Below are positions 19,486 through 28,552 of a DNA stretch of 64,000 nucleotides, in pieces. The stretch spans positions 1,812 through 65,811 of the forward strand of contig CAZZIN010000003.1 in assembly GCA_964654425.1 (NCBI GenBank), written 5' to 3'. The notes beneath the pieces are model-generated. The model had not been told where the DNA came from, made no database searches, and saw nothing but the letters and a program-made list of their open reading frames with translations. This DNA comes from an uncultured Clavibacter sp. (GTDB lineage: Bacteria > Actinomycetota > Actinomycetes > Nanopelagicales > Nanopelagicaceae). Each line of letters opens with the position of its first letter. The first letter of the stretch is position 1. The position numbers and the translations under genes were made by a program.

Positions 19486-20793
19486 GTGAAGTTATCAGTA
19501 ATAGGAACTGGCTATCTTGGGGCAACTCACGCAGCAGCCATGTCTTCTCTTGGCTTCGAAGTAATTGGAATTGATGTAGATCTAAAGAAGATTGAGTTGC
19601 TTCGGGAAGGGAACGTCCCCTTCTTCGAACCTGGGCTCGAAGAATTACTTCTCCAAGAGGTAAAAGGTGGGCGACTAAAATTCTCTACTGATTTCGCTGA
19701 TGCTAAAGATTGCGAAATACATTTCATCTGCGTGGGTACACCTCAACAAAAGGGAAGCCTCGCCGCCGATATGAAATACGTGGATTCAGCGTTGGATGCA
19801 ATCGCACCACATGCAAAAGCTGGGTCACTGGTTGTTGGAAAATCTACTGTTCCCGTTGGAACTGCTGCGAGATTAGCGCAACGATTAATTGACCTTGGTT
19901 CATTGGCTGAACTTGCTTGGAATCCAGAATTCCTTCGTGAAGGTTTTGCAGTTGAAGATACATTACGACCTAATCGTCTAGTCATAGGCGTCACATCTGA
20001 TCGAGCAGAAGATCTACTAAAGATCGCATACAAGCCACTTCTAGATAATGGAGTTCCCTGGATTAGAGCAGACCTTCCAACGGCTGAACTAGTGAAAGTT
20101 GCTGCCAATTCGTTCTTGGCCACCAAAATCTCATTTATAAATGCGATGGCGGAGATTTGTGAGGCTACGGGCGGAGATGTCACAGTGCTTGCCAAAGCAA
20201 TTGGTTATGACCCGAGAATTGGCTCTCGTTTCTTGCAAGCGGGTATCGGATTTGGTGGTGGATGCCTACCGAAAGATATTCGAGCGTTTATGGCTCGCTC
20301 AGAAGAGCTAGGAGCTCAACAATCCCTTGAATTCCTCCGTGAGATCGATTCGATCAACTTGAGAGCGCGGCAGCGGATGATTGACCTAGTTCGCTTAGAT
20401 CTTGATGCAGATTTGAAGGGTCGCAAGATCGCAGTCCTTGGAGCTGCCTTCAAGCCTGATAGTGATGATGTGCGCGACTCCCCTGCGCTTGATATCTCAG
20501 ACCAAATCTCGAAGGCTGGCGCAAAGGTAACAATCTTTGATCCAAAAGCAAACAAGAATGCCCATGGACGTTTTCCTAATTTAAATTATGCCGAATCGAT
20601 TGAGGCATGTTTGAAAGATGCTGAGATTGTCTTGCATCTAACGGAGTGGAAAGAGTTCCGCACCTTGGATCCAGTTCGAGCGAAAGTTCTTGTTGCTCGC
20701 CCGAACATAATCGATGGTCGCAATGCACTTGATCGTGAAGCATGGGAAAAGGCTGGTTGGCACTTCCGTGCGCTCGGACGCGCTACTCGTTGA
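19486..20793 (+). CDS. ugd: UDP-glucose 6-dehydrogenase
   Basis: MKLSVIGTGYLGATHA Rossmann N-terminus, GFGGGCLPKD catalytic Cys motif, 435 aa. Confidence 0.9.
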   Translation: MKLSVIGTGYLGATHAAAMSSLGFEVIGIDVDLKKIELLREGNVPFFEPGLEELLLQEVKGGRLKFSTDFADAKDCEIHFICVGTPQQKGSLAADMKYVDSALDAIAPHAKAGSLVVGKSTVPVGTAARLAQRLIDLGSLAELAWNPEFLREGFAVEDTLRPNRLVIGVTSDRAEDLLKIAYKPLLDNGVPWIRADLPTAELVKVAANSFLATKISFINAMAEICEATGGDVTVLAKAIGYDPRIGSRFLQAGIGFGGGCLPKDIRAFMARSEELGAQQSLEFLREIDSINLRARQRMIDLVRLDLDADLKGRKIAVLGAAFKPDSDDVRDSPALDISDQISKAGAKVTIFDPKANKNAHGRFPNLNYAESIEACLKDAEIVLHLTEWKEFRTLDPVRAKVLVARPNIIDGRNALDREAWEKAGWHFRALGRATR

Positions 20794-21460
20794 TTACGCC
20801 TTCTAAATAATCGACTGCGTGAATTACTTTCTCCTTTAGGTTCGAAGTTCCACTTAAGGCTACATAACCACCATGCGAAGTTAATTTGCATATTCGGTAT
20901 CTAGGTTCGTGGGCAAATAGATGCAAGTATGGATGAGTCATGTCAAGGCTTAAGGGCGCATCAAAGCGCGCAACCAACCAATCTGATTCAGTCATTTGAC
21001 TTGACCCAAAAGGTAATCCATATGCTTCCCGAACTGCATTCTCAAAAAATGATGTGAGCGCGAAAGTTTCACTCCAGAGAGAATCTGACGTAACTCCTTC
21101 CTGAGTTTTTAGATGGTCACCAGAAAGATTGAATTGGAATACAGCTGGCCCGAATATTCCACGGATCTTCAGTTCTTCGATCACTTTCTCTTGCATTTTC
21201 ACAGCAGCATTGAACCTTTCGGTTAATGGCAAGGTTATAAGACGTCCTCGGTGATATTCATGGCGGGTAATTGGATAAGTAACAACTTGTCCCTGTTTGC
21301 TTCTTATTGCAGAGATTGAAAGATGTTCACTCATGGCAATCTTTGGATCTCTCACCTCAGCTTCGATAGCTAGACCGAGGCGCCGTGCGGCATCATTGAT
21401 AAGTTGGACTAAATCGGCCTCAGCCCAAATCCCTGACGACATAATGTGAAGATACCCCAA
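20783..21460 (-). CDS. PurK-like ATP-grasp C-terminal remnant (probably non-catalytic)
   Basis: The 225-aa ORF aligns by eye only with the C-terminal half of N5-CAIR synthetase. See the finding for details. Confidence 0.5.
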   Translation of the reverse strand: MGYLHIMSSGIWAEADLVQLINDAARRLGLAIEAEVRDPKIAMSEHLSISAIRSKQGQVVTYPITRHEYHRGRLITLPLTERFNAAVKMQEKVIEELKIRGIFGPAVFQFNLSGDHLKTQEGVTSDSLWSETFALTSFFENAVREAYGLPFGSSQMTESDWLVARFDAPLSLDMTHPYLHLFAHEPRYRICKLTSHGGYVALSGTSNLKEKVIHAVDYLEGVINE

Positions 21461-21478
21461 GATAGAATCATTACTTCT

Positions 21479-22087
21479 ATGTTGCCCAAAATAGTGCTTG
21501 CCTCAGCTTCACCTTCTCGCAAGGGATTGCTAGAGCGAAGTGGAATTAACGCCGAAGTCTTAGTTAGTGGCATCGATGAGGAAGATCCTCGATACTCTGA
21601 GCTATCTGCCCGAGAACTTGTAGTTGCGCTAGCGATCGTTAAGGCACATACCGTACGAGAGAAGATTAATTACCCTGCTCTCATCATTGCCTGTGACTCG
21701 ACTTTTGAATTTCAAGGTGAATCTTTAGGAAAGCCCCTCACAAAAGAGGTAGCGATTGCGCGGGCGCGACGATTGAGCGGGAACTCGGGAATTCTCTATA
21801 CCGGACATTGCCTGATTGACACCACCAAAGAAATAGAAGTTAGTGATGTGGTGGCAACTCGCGTTCACTTCGCCGAGTTAAGTCAAAACGAGATTGATTC
21901 ATATGTGGAAACAAAAGAACCACTTAATGTTGCGGGCGGATTTACGCTCGATGGAATCAGCGCGCCGTTCATCAAGGGAATCGAAGGTGAGAGTTCGAAT
22001 GTTATTGGCTTATCTCTTCCTTGGATTAGAGGGGCGTTTAATTCGCTTGGGTATAACTGGTTTGACTTTGTTACGGTAAAACAATGA
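21479..22087 (+). CDS. maf: Maf-like nucleoside-triphosphate pyrophosphatase
   Basis: MLPKIVLASASPSRKGLL N-terminus and the ACDS and GGFTLDG motifs. The track start at 21446 (GTG) would overlap the divergent gene. Confidence 0.85.
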   Translation: MLPKIVLASASPSRKGLLERSGINAEVLVSGIDEEDPRYSELSARELVVALAIVKAHTVREKINYPALIIACDSTFEFQGESLGKPLTKEVAIARARRLSGNSGILYTGHCLIDTTKEIEVSDVVATRVHFAELSQNEIDSYVETKEPLNVAGGFTLDGISAPFIKGIEGESSNVIGLSLPWIRGAFNSLGYNWFDFVTVKQ

Positions 22088-22524
22088 CGCTCTACGCTGC
22101 ATATGGATCTAATCTTGATCCGCGCCAGATGCTGCAGCGTGCTCCTCATTCACCACATCTAGGAACTGGTTGGCTGCGTGGTTGGCGCCTCACATTCGGA
22201 GGCGAAGAGATTGGCTGGGAGGGCGCAGTCGCTACTTTGGCTGAAGACTCTTCAGCATCTGTCTTTGTTTCCATCTATGACTTAACTAAGCAAGATGAAT
22301 CAGCTCTTGATGAATGGGAGGGCGTAACCACGGATTTATATCGAAAAATCCGAGTTCGCGTTGAGACTATGACCGGCGCCCAAACATGTTATGTATATGT
22401 ATTGAATTCATTTGAGGGTGGAGCGCCTTCATCTCGTTACCTTGAGATCATGGTTGCCGCAGCAATTGAAGCTGGAGCGCCCGATGACTACATTGCCGAG
22501 ATAAGAAACCGCGGGGTACGTTAG
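22084..22524 (+). CDS. gamma-glutamylcyclotransferase / AIG2-like family protein
   Basis: LYAAYGSNLDPRQM N-terminal signature, 146 aa. ATGA coupling to maf. Confidence 0.7.
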   Translation: MTLYAAYGSNLDPRQMLQRAPHSPHLGTGWLRGWRLTFGGEEIGWEGAVATLAEDSSASVFVSIYDLTKQDESALDEWEGVTTDLYRKIRVRVETMTGAQTCYVYVLNSFEGGAPSSRYLEIMVAAAIEAGAPDDYIAEIRNRGVR

Positions 22525-22528
22525 ATAC

Positions 22529-24154
22529 GTGATTCCAGAGTCTTTGCTGAAAGAAGTTGAATCTTGGATAGCCGATGATCCAGATCCGAAAACCAGAGCG
22601 CAACTTCAAGATTGGTTGAAGCAAGGTGCAGTCCAAGAATTAACTTCCTGCTTCCAAGGATTCCTCGAGTTCGGAACTGCAGGTCTGCGCGGAGCACTTG
22701 GCCCAGGGCCTTCTCGAATGAATCGCTCCGTAGTTTCAAAGACCGCCTACGGTCTATCAAGATTCATGTCTAACTCGGGCTTGAAATCTATCGTGATTGG
22801 AAGGGATGCCCGTTATGGTTCTGAAGACTTCACTCGTGACACCGCAGAAATAATGAGTGGAGCAGGTTTTGAAGTCTTCGTCTTACCACGACCGCTACCG
22901 ACTCCAGTCTTGGCATATGCCGTTCGAAAATTGGGATGTGATGTCGGCGTCATGGTGACTGCTAGCCATAACCCACCGCAAGATAACGGTTACAAGGTCT
23001 ATCTAGGTGGCACGGTGAATGGGATTCGTTATGACGGATCGCAGATCATCTCGCCAACTGATGGCGAGATTTCAAAAGAGATAGCTGCTTCACCAAATTT
23101 GAATACGGTCAAGCGGGCGAAAGATTGGACTGTATTAAGTGATGAGATCGTGAATGAATACGTTGCAACAACTGCCAAACTTGCGGCTGATCCGATAGAT
23201 CTCAAAGTCGTATACACGGCGATGCATGGAGTAGGAACCGAAACGCTACTCAAGGTCTTTGAAAAAGCTGGCTTTTCAAAACCGATACTTGTTAAAGAAC
23301 AAGCCGATCCTGATCCTGATTTCCCGACTGTCGCATTTCCCAACCCAGAAGAACCGGGAGCGATAGATCTATCCTTGAAATTGGCACGGGAAGTTAATGC
23401 AGATCTAGTCATTGCTAACGATCCGGATGCCGATAGATGCGCTGCTGCTATTAATGATGGTGGCTGGCGGATGCTAAGGGGCGATGAAGTTGGCGCGATT
23501 CTGGGCGAATATCTCGCCCGAACTGGGCCTGATTCACGAGTTGTACTGGCGAACTCAATCGTCTCATCCTCAATTCTCAAAAAGATTGCCGATTCATATG
23601 GCTTACCTTTTGTTGAGACATTAACTGGTTTCAAATATCTGGCAAAAGTCGAAGACTTGCGGTTTGGATATGAAGAGGCGCTTGGCTACGCAGTCGATCC
23701 TGACACAGTCAACGATAAAGATGGAATGAGTGCCGCGTTGATGCTGGTTCAACTAGCAGCTGATTTGAAGCGTGAGGGCCGAACCATCGCAGACTTTCTT
23801 AAAGAGATTTGGGGTAAGTATGGTTTTCACGGCACTAGGCAGATATCGGTTAGAACCAAGGATCTAAGTGATATCGAAAAAGTGATGGGTAAGTTGCGCA
23901 AGGCGCTACCTGCGAAACTTGCAGATTTCACCGTTACAAAGGTCGATGATTTGGAGAAACCTAAGGATGGACTTCCTCCCACGAATGGGGTCCGAATCTG
24001 GCTCGACGATAAATATCGCGTAATCGTAAGACCAAGCGGAACTGAGCCGAAGATTAAGTGCTACATCGAAGTAGTTACTGAACTAGCCAACGAGGCAACT
24101 ACTATCCTTGATGCCGTGGAGCGAGAATTTAGAGAATTGATGGCGGTCGAGTAG
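22529..24154 (+). CDS. phospho-sugar mutase (alpha-D-phosphohexomutase family; likely phosphopentomutase/phosphomannomutase role)
   Basis: Active-site TASHNPPQDNGYKVY, ANDPDADR metal loop, and GTEPKIK. It sits directly upstream of deoC. Confidence 0.85.
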   Translation: MIPESLLKEVESWIADDPDPKTRAQLQDWLKQGAVQELTSCFQGFLEFGTAGLRGALGPGPSRMNRSVVSKTAYGLSRFMSNSGLKSIVIGRDARYGSEDFTRDTAEIMSGAGFEVFVLPRPLPTPVLAYAVRKLGCDVGVMVTASHNPPQDNGYKVYLGGTVNGIRYDGSQIISPTDGEISKEIAASPNLNTVKRAKDWTVLSDEIVNEYVATTAKLAADPIDLKVVYTAMHGVGTETLLKVFEKAGFSKPILVKEQADPDPDFPTVAFPNPEEPGAIDLSLKLAREVNADLVIANDPDADRCAAAINDGGWRMLRGDEVGAILGEYLARTGPDSRVVLANSIVSSSILKKIADSYGLPFVETLTGFKYLAKVEDLRFGYEEALGYAVDPDTVNDKDGMSAALMLVQLAADLKREGRTIADFLKEIWGKYGFHGTRQISVRTKDLSDIEKVMGKLRKALPAKLADFTVTKVDDLEKPKDGLPPTNGVRIWLDDKYRVIVRPSGTEPKIKCYIEVVTELANEATTILDAVEREFRELMAVE

Positions 24155-25099
24155 ATGCTTAACAACCTAATCGATGGGAGTGAAAGTTCGCTCCGCGCTT
24201 TTCTTGATAATTTGCCAGGCGTAGACAAAGTCGGTGCTGAAGGAAGAGCTGCGATGTTGGCAACGCGCAGCATAAAGACCACGAGTAAGGCCAAAGCGAT
24301 TGATCTTGCAATCCGAATGGTTGATCTCACTACTTTGGAGGGCGCTGATACGCCCGGAAAAGTTCGCTCCTTGTGCGCGAAAGGTTTTCGCCCTGATCCA
24401 ACGGATTTAACGGTGCCCCATGTCGGAGCAATCTGCGTGTATAACGATATGGTCGGAATTGCCCGTAAACACCTGGATTTGATTGGCGGAGAAGAAATTC
24501 CAGTCGCCGCGGTTTCCACCGCATTCCCCTCAGGTCGAGCATCTATGGAAGTTAAAGTCAGAGATACCAAAGATGCGATAGATGCTGGTGCAGGTGAGAT
24601 CGATATGGTTATTGATCGAGGCGCTTTCTTATCGGGTCGACTTGGCGAGGTTTTCGACGAGATCCGTGAAATCAAAGCGATTTGTGGCGATAAGGCGCAT
24701 CTAAAAGTAATCCTTGAAACTGGCGAACTTGCTACCTATGACAATGTACGAAAAGCCTCTTACCTTGCAATGCTTGCCGGAGCAGATTTCATCAAGACAA
24801 GTACTGGGAAGGTCACACCGGCAGCAACTCCTCCCGTTGTTCTAGTTATGCTCGAGGCTGTTAGAGATTTTTATAAGTTAACGGGAGAGCGCATCGGCGT
24901 AAAGCCAGCCGGAGGAATTCGCACCACTAAAGATGCCATTAAGCAGTTAGTCCTCGTAAATGAGACGACCGGACCAGAATGGTTGACCCCCGATCTATTT
25001 AGGATCGGAGCGAGCGCCTTGCTCAATGATCTACTAATGCAGCGGATGAAATTACGTGATGGCAGATATTCCGGTTCTAACTATGTTACGGTGGATTAA
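24155..25099 (+). CDS. deoC: deoxyribose-phosphate aldolase (long actinobacterial form)
   Basis: DMVID, FIKTSTGK (Schiff-base Lys) and KPAGGIR motifs. Confidence 0.9.
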   Translation: MLNNLIDGSESSLRAFLDNLPGVDKVGAEGRAAMLATRSIKTTSKAKAIDLAIRMVDLTTLEGADTPGKVRSLCAKGFRPDPTDLTVPHVGAICVYNDMVGIARKHLDLIGGEEIPVAAVSTAFPSGRASMEVKVRDTKDAIDAGAGEIDMVIDRGAFLSGRLGEVFDEIREIKAICGDKAHLKVILETGELATYDNVRKASYLAMLAGADFIKTSTGKVTPAATPPVVLVMLEAVRDFYKLTGERIGVKPAGGIRTTKDAIKQLVLVNETTGPEWLTPDLFRIGASALLNDLLMQRMKLRDGRYSGSNYVTVD

Positions 25100-25101
25100 T
25101 A

Positions 25102-26550
25102 ATGAGCGCTGAGATTTTCGAGTATTCACCAGCACCCGAATCGCGAGCGATTGTTAATATAGAAAGTGAGTATGGCCTTTATATAAATGGTAAGTGGGTA
25201 GCTCCGCACTCCAAAAAACGGTTCGCAAGCATAAATCCAGCAAATGAAGAAGTGCTTTCGAAAGTCTCCCAAGCCGATGCAGTGGATATAGATAAAGCTG
25301 TTAAGGCTGCAAGGGCTGCCTATAACAAGACCTGGGCAAAAATGCCTCCTAAAGAGCGCGCCAAGTACCTCTTTAGAATCGCGCGCCTTCTGCAAGAGCG
25401 AGCCCGTGAATTCGCTGTATTGGAAGCGCTTGATAATGGAAAGCCCATCCGTGAAACGAGAGATGTGGATGTTCCGCTATCTGCAGCACATTTCTTCTAT
25501 CACGCCGGCTGGGCTGACAAACTTGAGCACGCTGGCTACGGCGCGAATCCAAAGCCACATGGAGTCGTTGGACAGATAATTCCGTGGAACTTCCCGCTCT
25601 TGATGCTCTCGTGGAAAGTCGCGCCGGCGCTCGCTACGGGCAATGCCGTCGTCTTGAAGCCTGCAGAAACAACACCTTTGAGCGCCCTTCTATTCGCAGA
25701 AATTTGCGAGCAGGCAGAACTACCTGCTGGAGTTGTAAATATCGTGACAGGAGATGGAAGTACTGGCGCCTCCCTTGTAAATCATAAAGATATAGACAAG
25801 ATCGCATTTACTGGATCAACTGAGGTTGGAAAGTTAATCGCTAGAGCAATCTCAGATCGAGGAATTCCCGCGACCTTAGAACTTGGTGGCAAGGGTGCAA
25901 ATATTGTCTTTGATGATGCTCCGATAGATGAAGCAGTAGAAGGAATTATCAACGGAATCTTCTTCAATCAAGGTCATGTCTGCTGTGCCGGTTCAAGATT
26001 GTTGCTGCAAGAGAGCATTGTTGAAGAGTTCGTCGAGAAACTTAAATCGCGTATGGCAAAGATTCGAGTCGGAGATCCGCTAGATAAGAACACCGACCTT
26101 GGTGCAATCAACTCCAGCGCACAACTTGCGAAGATCAAAGAGATGTCTGAATCCGGAAGTAGAGAAGGGGCGGAGATTTGGAGCGCTCCTTGCGCACTTC
26201 CGAATAAGGGGTATTGGTTTGCGCCCACAATCTTTACGGGAGTAACCGGCGCTCACCGAATCGCTCGCGAAGAGATATTCGGACCTGTGCTTTCGGTGCT
26301 CACTTTCCGAACTCCCCAAGAGGCGATGGAGAAGGCAAATAACACTCCATTTGGGCTCTCTGCCGGAATCTGGACTGAGAAAGGGTCAAAGATTCTTTGG
26401 GCGGCGAATGAATTGAAAGCCGGCGTGATTTGGGCAAATACCTTCAATAAATTTGATGCCGCAAGTCCCTTCGGTGGCTATAAAGAGTCTGGTTGGGGAC
26501 GCGAAGGCGGTCGCCACGGATTAGCCGCCTACATCAAGGGGGCCAAATAA
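25102..26550 (+). CDS. NAD(P)-dependent aldehyde dehydrogenase (full length)
   Basis: IIPWNFPLLM, LELGGKG, FFNQGHVCCAGSR (catalytic Cys) and EEIFGPV motifs, 482 aa. Confidence 0.9.
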   Translation: MSAEIFEYSPAPESRAIVNIESEYGLYINGKWVAPHSKKRFASINPANEEVLSKVSQADAVDIDKAVKAARAAYNKTWAKMPPKERAKYLFRIARLLQERAREFAVLEALDNGKPIRETRDVDVPLSAAHFFYHAGWADKLEHAGYGANPKPHGVVGQIIPWNFPLLMLSWKVAPALATGNAVVLKPAETTPLSALLFAEICEQAELPAGVVNIVTGDGSTGASLVNHKDIDKIAFTGSTEVGKLIARAISDRGIPATLELGGKGANIVFDDAPIDEAVEGIINGIFFNQGHVCCAGSRLLLQESIVEEFVEKLKSRMAKIRVGDPLDKNTDLGAINSSAQLAKIKEMSESGSREGAEIWSAPCALPNKGYWFAPTIFTGVTGAHRIAREEIFGPVLSVLTFRTPQEAMEKANNTPFGLSAGIWTEKGSKILWAANELKAGVIWANTFNKFDAASPFGGYKESGWGREGGRHGLAAYIKGAK

Positions 26551-27389
26551 TGCGCCTTGATGTCATGAAGACTTACAAGCTCTATATCGGTGGAGCATTT
26601 CCAAGAAGTGAGTCGGGTCGCTCTTATCAATTGAAAGATAAGAAAGGCGTATTTGTCGCGAACCCAGCGCTGGCTTCCCGAAAAGACTTGAGGGAGGCAG
26701 TTGTTGCGGCTCGCGCGGCTTTCAACGGCTGGTCACACGCAACAGCATTCAATCGCGGTCAGATCCTTTATCGCATAGCCGAGATGATGGAGGGACGGAC
26801 TTCCCAATTCATCGCAGAGATTTCTGCATTGGAAGGTGTAAGTGAAGTTGCTGCACGAAAGCAAGTTGAGGCAGCAATTGATCTATGGGTTTGGTACGCC
26901 GGTTGGTGCGACAAAATTTCATCCGCAGCTGGTGGAACGAATCCGATTGCTGGTCCCTATTACAACTTCACAATACCTGAACCACTTGGCGTTGTCGGAA
27001 TCATCGCCGAAGAGAAGGACTCTCTTCTTGGCCTAACTAGAGGACTAGCTCCCGTTATCGCTGGCGGAAATACATCGGTCTTGATCGCGAGTGAATCTGC
27101 ACCTCTTCCTGCCATCACAGTAGCTGAAGTTCTTGCTACTAGTGATCTTCCTGGTGGTGTTGTAAACATCCTCACTGGAAAACGTTCTGAGTTACTCTCT
27201 TGGATTGCAGGGCACATGGAGATTGATGGATTAGATATCTCAGGTGCTGCAAAGTCACTTGATGGAGAAATCAAGCGAGCTGGAAGCGAGAATCTAAAGC
27301 GAATTCACCGGTTTGATAAGGATGTTTCGCCAGAACGGATGCTCTCCTTTATGGAGTACAAGACGGTCTGGCACCCAATTGGAATTTAG
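26550..27389 (+). CDS. aldehyde-dehydrogenase-like protein lacking the catalytic domain (279 aa)
   Basis: ALDH N-terminal/NAD-domain similarity (YKLYIGGAFPRS..., GVVGII..., PGGVVNILTG), but the catalytic-Cys segment is absent. The start ATG overlaps the upstream stop (TAATG). See the finding. Confidence 0.65.
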   Translation: MRLDVMKTYKLYIGGAFPRSESGRSYQLKDKKGVFVANPALASRKDLREAVVAARAAFNGWSHATAFNRGQILYRIAEMMEGRTSQFIAEISALEGVSEVAARKQVEAAIDLWVWYAGWCDKISSAAGGTNPIAGPYYNFTIPEPLGVVGIIAEEKDSLLGLTRGLAPVIAGGNTSVLIASESAPLPAITVAEVLATSDLPGGVVNILTGKRSELLSWIAGHMEIDGLDISGAAKSLDGEIKRAGSENLKRIHRFDKDVSPERMLSFMEYKTVWHPIGI

Positions 27390-27392
27390 GCT

Positions 27393-28328
27393 CTAGCGAA
27401 CTTGTGAGAGAAGCTCTTTAGCCTCATCGCGACTGGGGTAAGAAGATTGAGTTCCTTTTCTAGTAACGCTCAAAGAGGCGGAATTACAGCCAAGGCGGAC
27501 AGCATCTTCTGGTTTCAAACCCATCCCCAACCCAACTGCGAAGGCTCCAACGAAGGAATCTCCGGCGCCGGTCGTATCAATTGCAGTTACTTTTGGAGCA
27601 GGCACCCGGACCACATTCCAACTTTGATCTACATAAGCCGCCCCTTTCTCTCCAAGGGTGACTACTAACTTGCAACCGAGTTCTCGCGCAACTTCGGTAA
27701 TTACAGCATCGCTATCAGGGGCTCTACCTAACTTATCCAAACCAGAGAACTCAGTCTCATTTGGAATTATCCAATCCGCACTCTTCAGTAATTCCGATGT
27801 AAGCGGAGCAAATGGCGCTGGGTTAAGGATTGTGGTGATTCCGCGGGAGCGCGCAATAGCAAAAGCCGCTGCTGTTACTTCCTGATGAATTTCGAGTTGT
27901 CCGACCATGACATCAATTTCAGAAATTTCTGAGAGCGCGCTTTGCACTTGTGGAATGGTCATCGCAAAATTTGCCCCCGGAACACAGATGATGCGATTTG
28001 AGCCATCAGCTTCAACCCAAATTGGTGCAACTCCGCTTGCCCCAGGAACTCGGTTCACATAAGTGATGTCGATTCCTTGCTCTTCAAAATTCTTCAAGGT
28101 GGTATCCCCAAAGACATCATCGCCCAAGGTATTTATCATCTTCACCCGTGCTCCGAAGCGACTGGACATGACAGCTTGATTAGCACCCTTTCCACCGAAT
28201 CCAAGTGAAAATGAGTCGCCAATCACAGTTTCGCCTGAGTTGGGCGCCCGCTTTACGTAGGCGATCATGTCGATCATCGTGCTTCCTACAACGACTATCT
28301 CTGGGAGCTTTCCACCAAGCGCTGCCAC
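27393..28328 (-). CDS. rbsK: ribokinase (PfkB family)
   Basis: IVVVGSTMIDM, GGKGANQA, and C-terminal DTTGAGDSFVGAF. The ORF is open to 28421, but the GTG at 28328 (SD GAAAGGGG upstream) gives the canonical N-terminus. Confidence 0.8.
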   Translation of the reverse strand: MAALGGKLPEIVVVGSTMIDMIAYVKRAPNSGETVIGDSFSLGFGGKGANQAVMSSRFGARVKMINTLGDDVFGDTTLKNFEEQGIDITYVNRVPGASGVAPIWVEADGSNRIICVPGANFAMTIPQVQSALSEISEIDVMVGQLEIHQEVTAAAFAIARSRGITTILNPAPFAPLTSELLKSADWIIPNETEFSGLDKLGRAPDSDAVITEVARELGCKLVVTLGEKGAAYVDQSWNVVRVPAPKVTAIDTTGAGDSFVGAFAVGLGMGLKPEDAVRLGCNSASLSVTRKGTQSSYPSRDEAKELLSQVR

Positions 28329-28386
28329 TATTGCGAAACCCCTTTCGGCTGGGTCCCTGAGGTTCTGGACTAGAAGATACTCCAAG

Positions 28387-28399
28387 CGATAAGTTATCG
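28387..28399. promoter_or_regulatory. perfect palindrome CGATAA-G-TTATCG in the rbsK / bmp divergent region (candidate operator)
   Basis: Read directly. It lies 59 nt upstream of the proposed rbsK GTG and 154 nt upstream of the bmp ATG. Confidence 0.3.
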
Positions 28400-28552
28400 G
28401 AATTCCCCCTAAGAAGCTCAATCTGGATGCGGTTTAGAAGGAGGCCGGCTCCTGTGGCCCGACATGTCGTCACAGCGATACGAACTCTGCAAAACACATC
28501 TTCTTCTGAGCAACTAGTTCCGCAGTTCAACAACTACTAAGGAGATAACTGA

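Noticed and set aside
21446-21478. Upstream start codons proposed by the track for several genes: maf at 21446, LCP at 18304, MgtE-N/CBS at 8202, truncated ALDH at 26493 and MarC at 6496.
   Set aside because: Each extension overlaps the neighbouring gene, divergently or substantially, and adds residues with no family similarity. Internal starts give canonical N-termini, and some of them have SD sequences.
23029-24675. Long antisense ORFs in the track: 23029-23634 (-), 24061-24675 (-), and similarly 5751-6215 (+), 15045-15440 (-), 19743-20195 (-), 34458-34964 (+), 52288-52698 (+) and 59045-59501 (+).
   Set aside because: Each lies entirely opposite a gene with unmistakable family motifs (phosphomutase, deoC, MarC, dapD, ugd, NDT, sucD/sucC, guaB3). 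Their translations are low-complexity Ser/Ala/Arg/Pro-rich with no recognisable motifs. These are shadow ORFs.
28400-28552. A purine or preQ1-type riboswitch upstream of the nucleoside transporter operon that ends in Qng1. The A/C-rich tract CAACAACUACUAAGGAG before the start resembles a preQ1-I tail.
   Set aside because: I could not find the required 5-bp P1 stem at the right distance; only 3-4 bp with a 12-31 nt loop are available. The purine-riboswitch core motifs are also absent. It needs cmscan before any claim.
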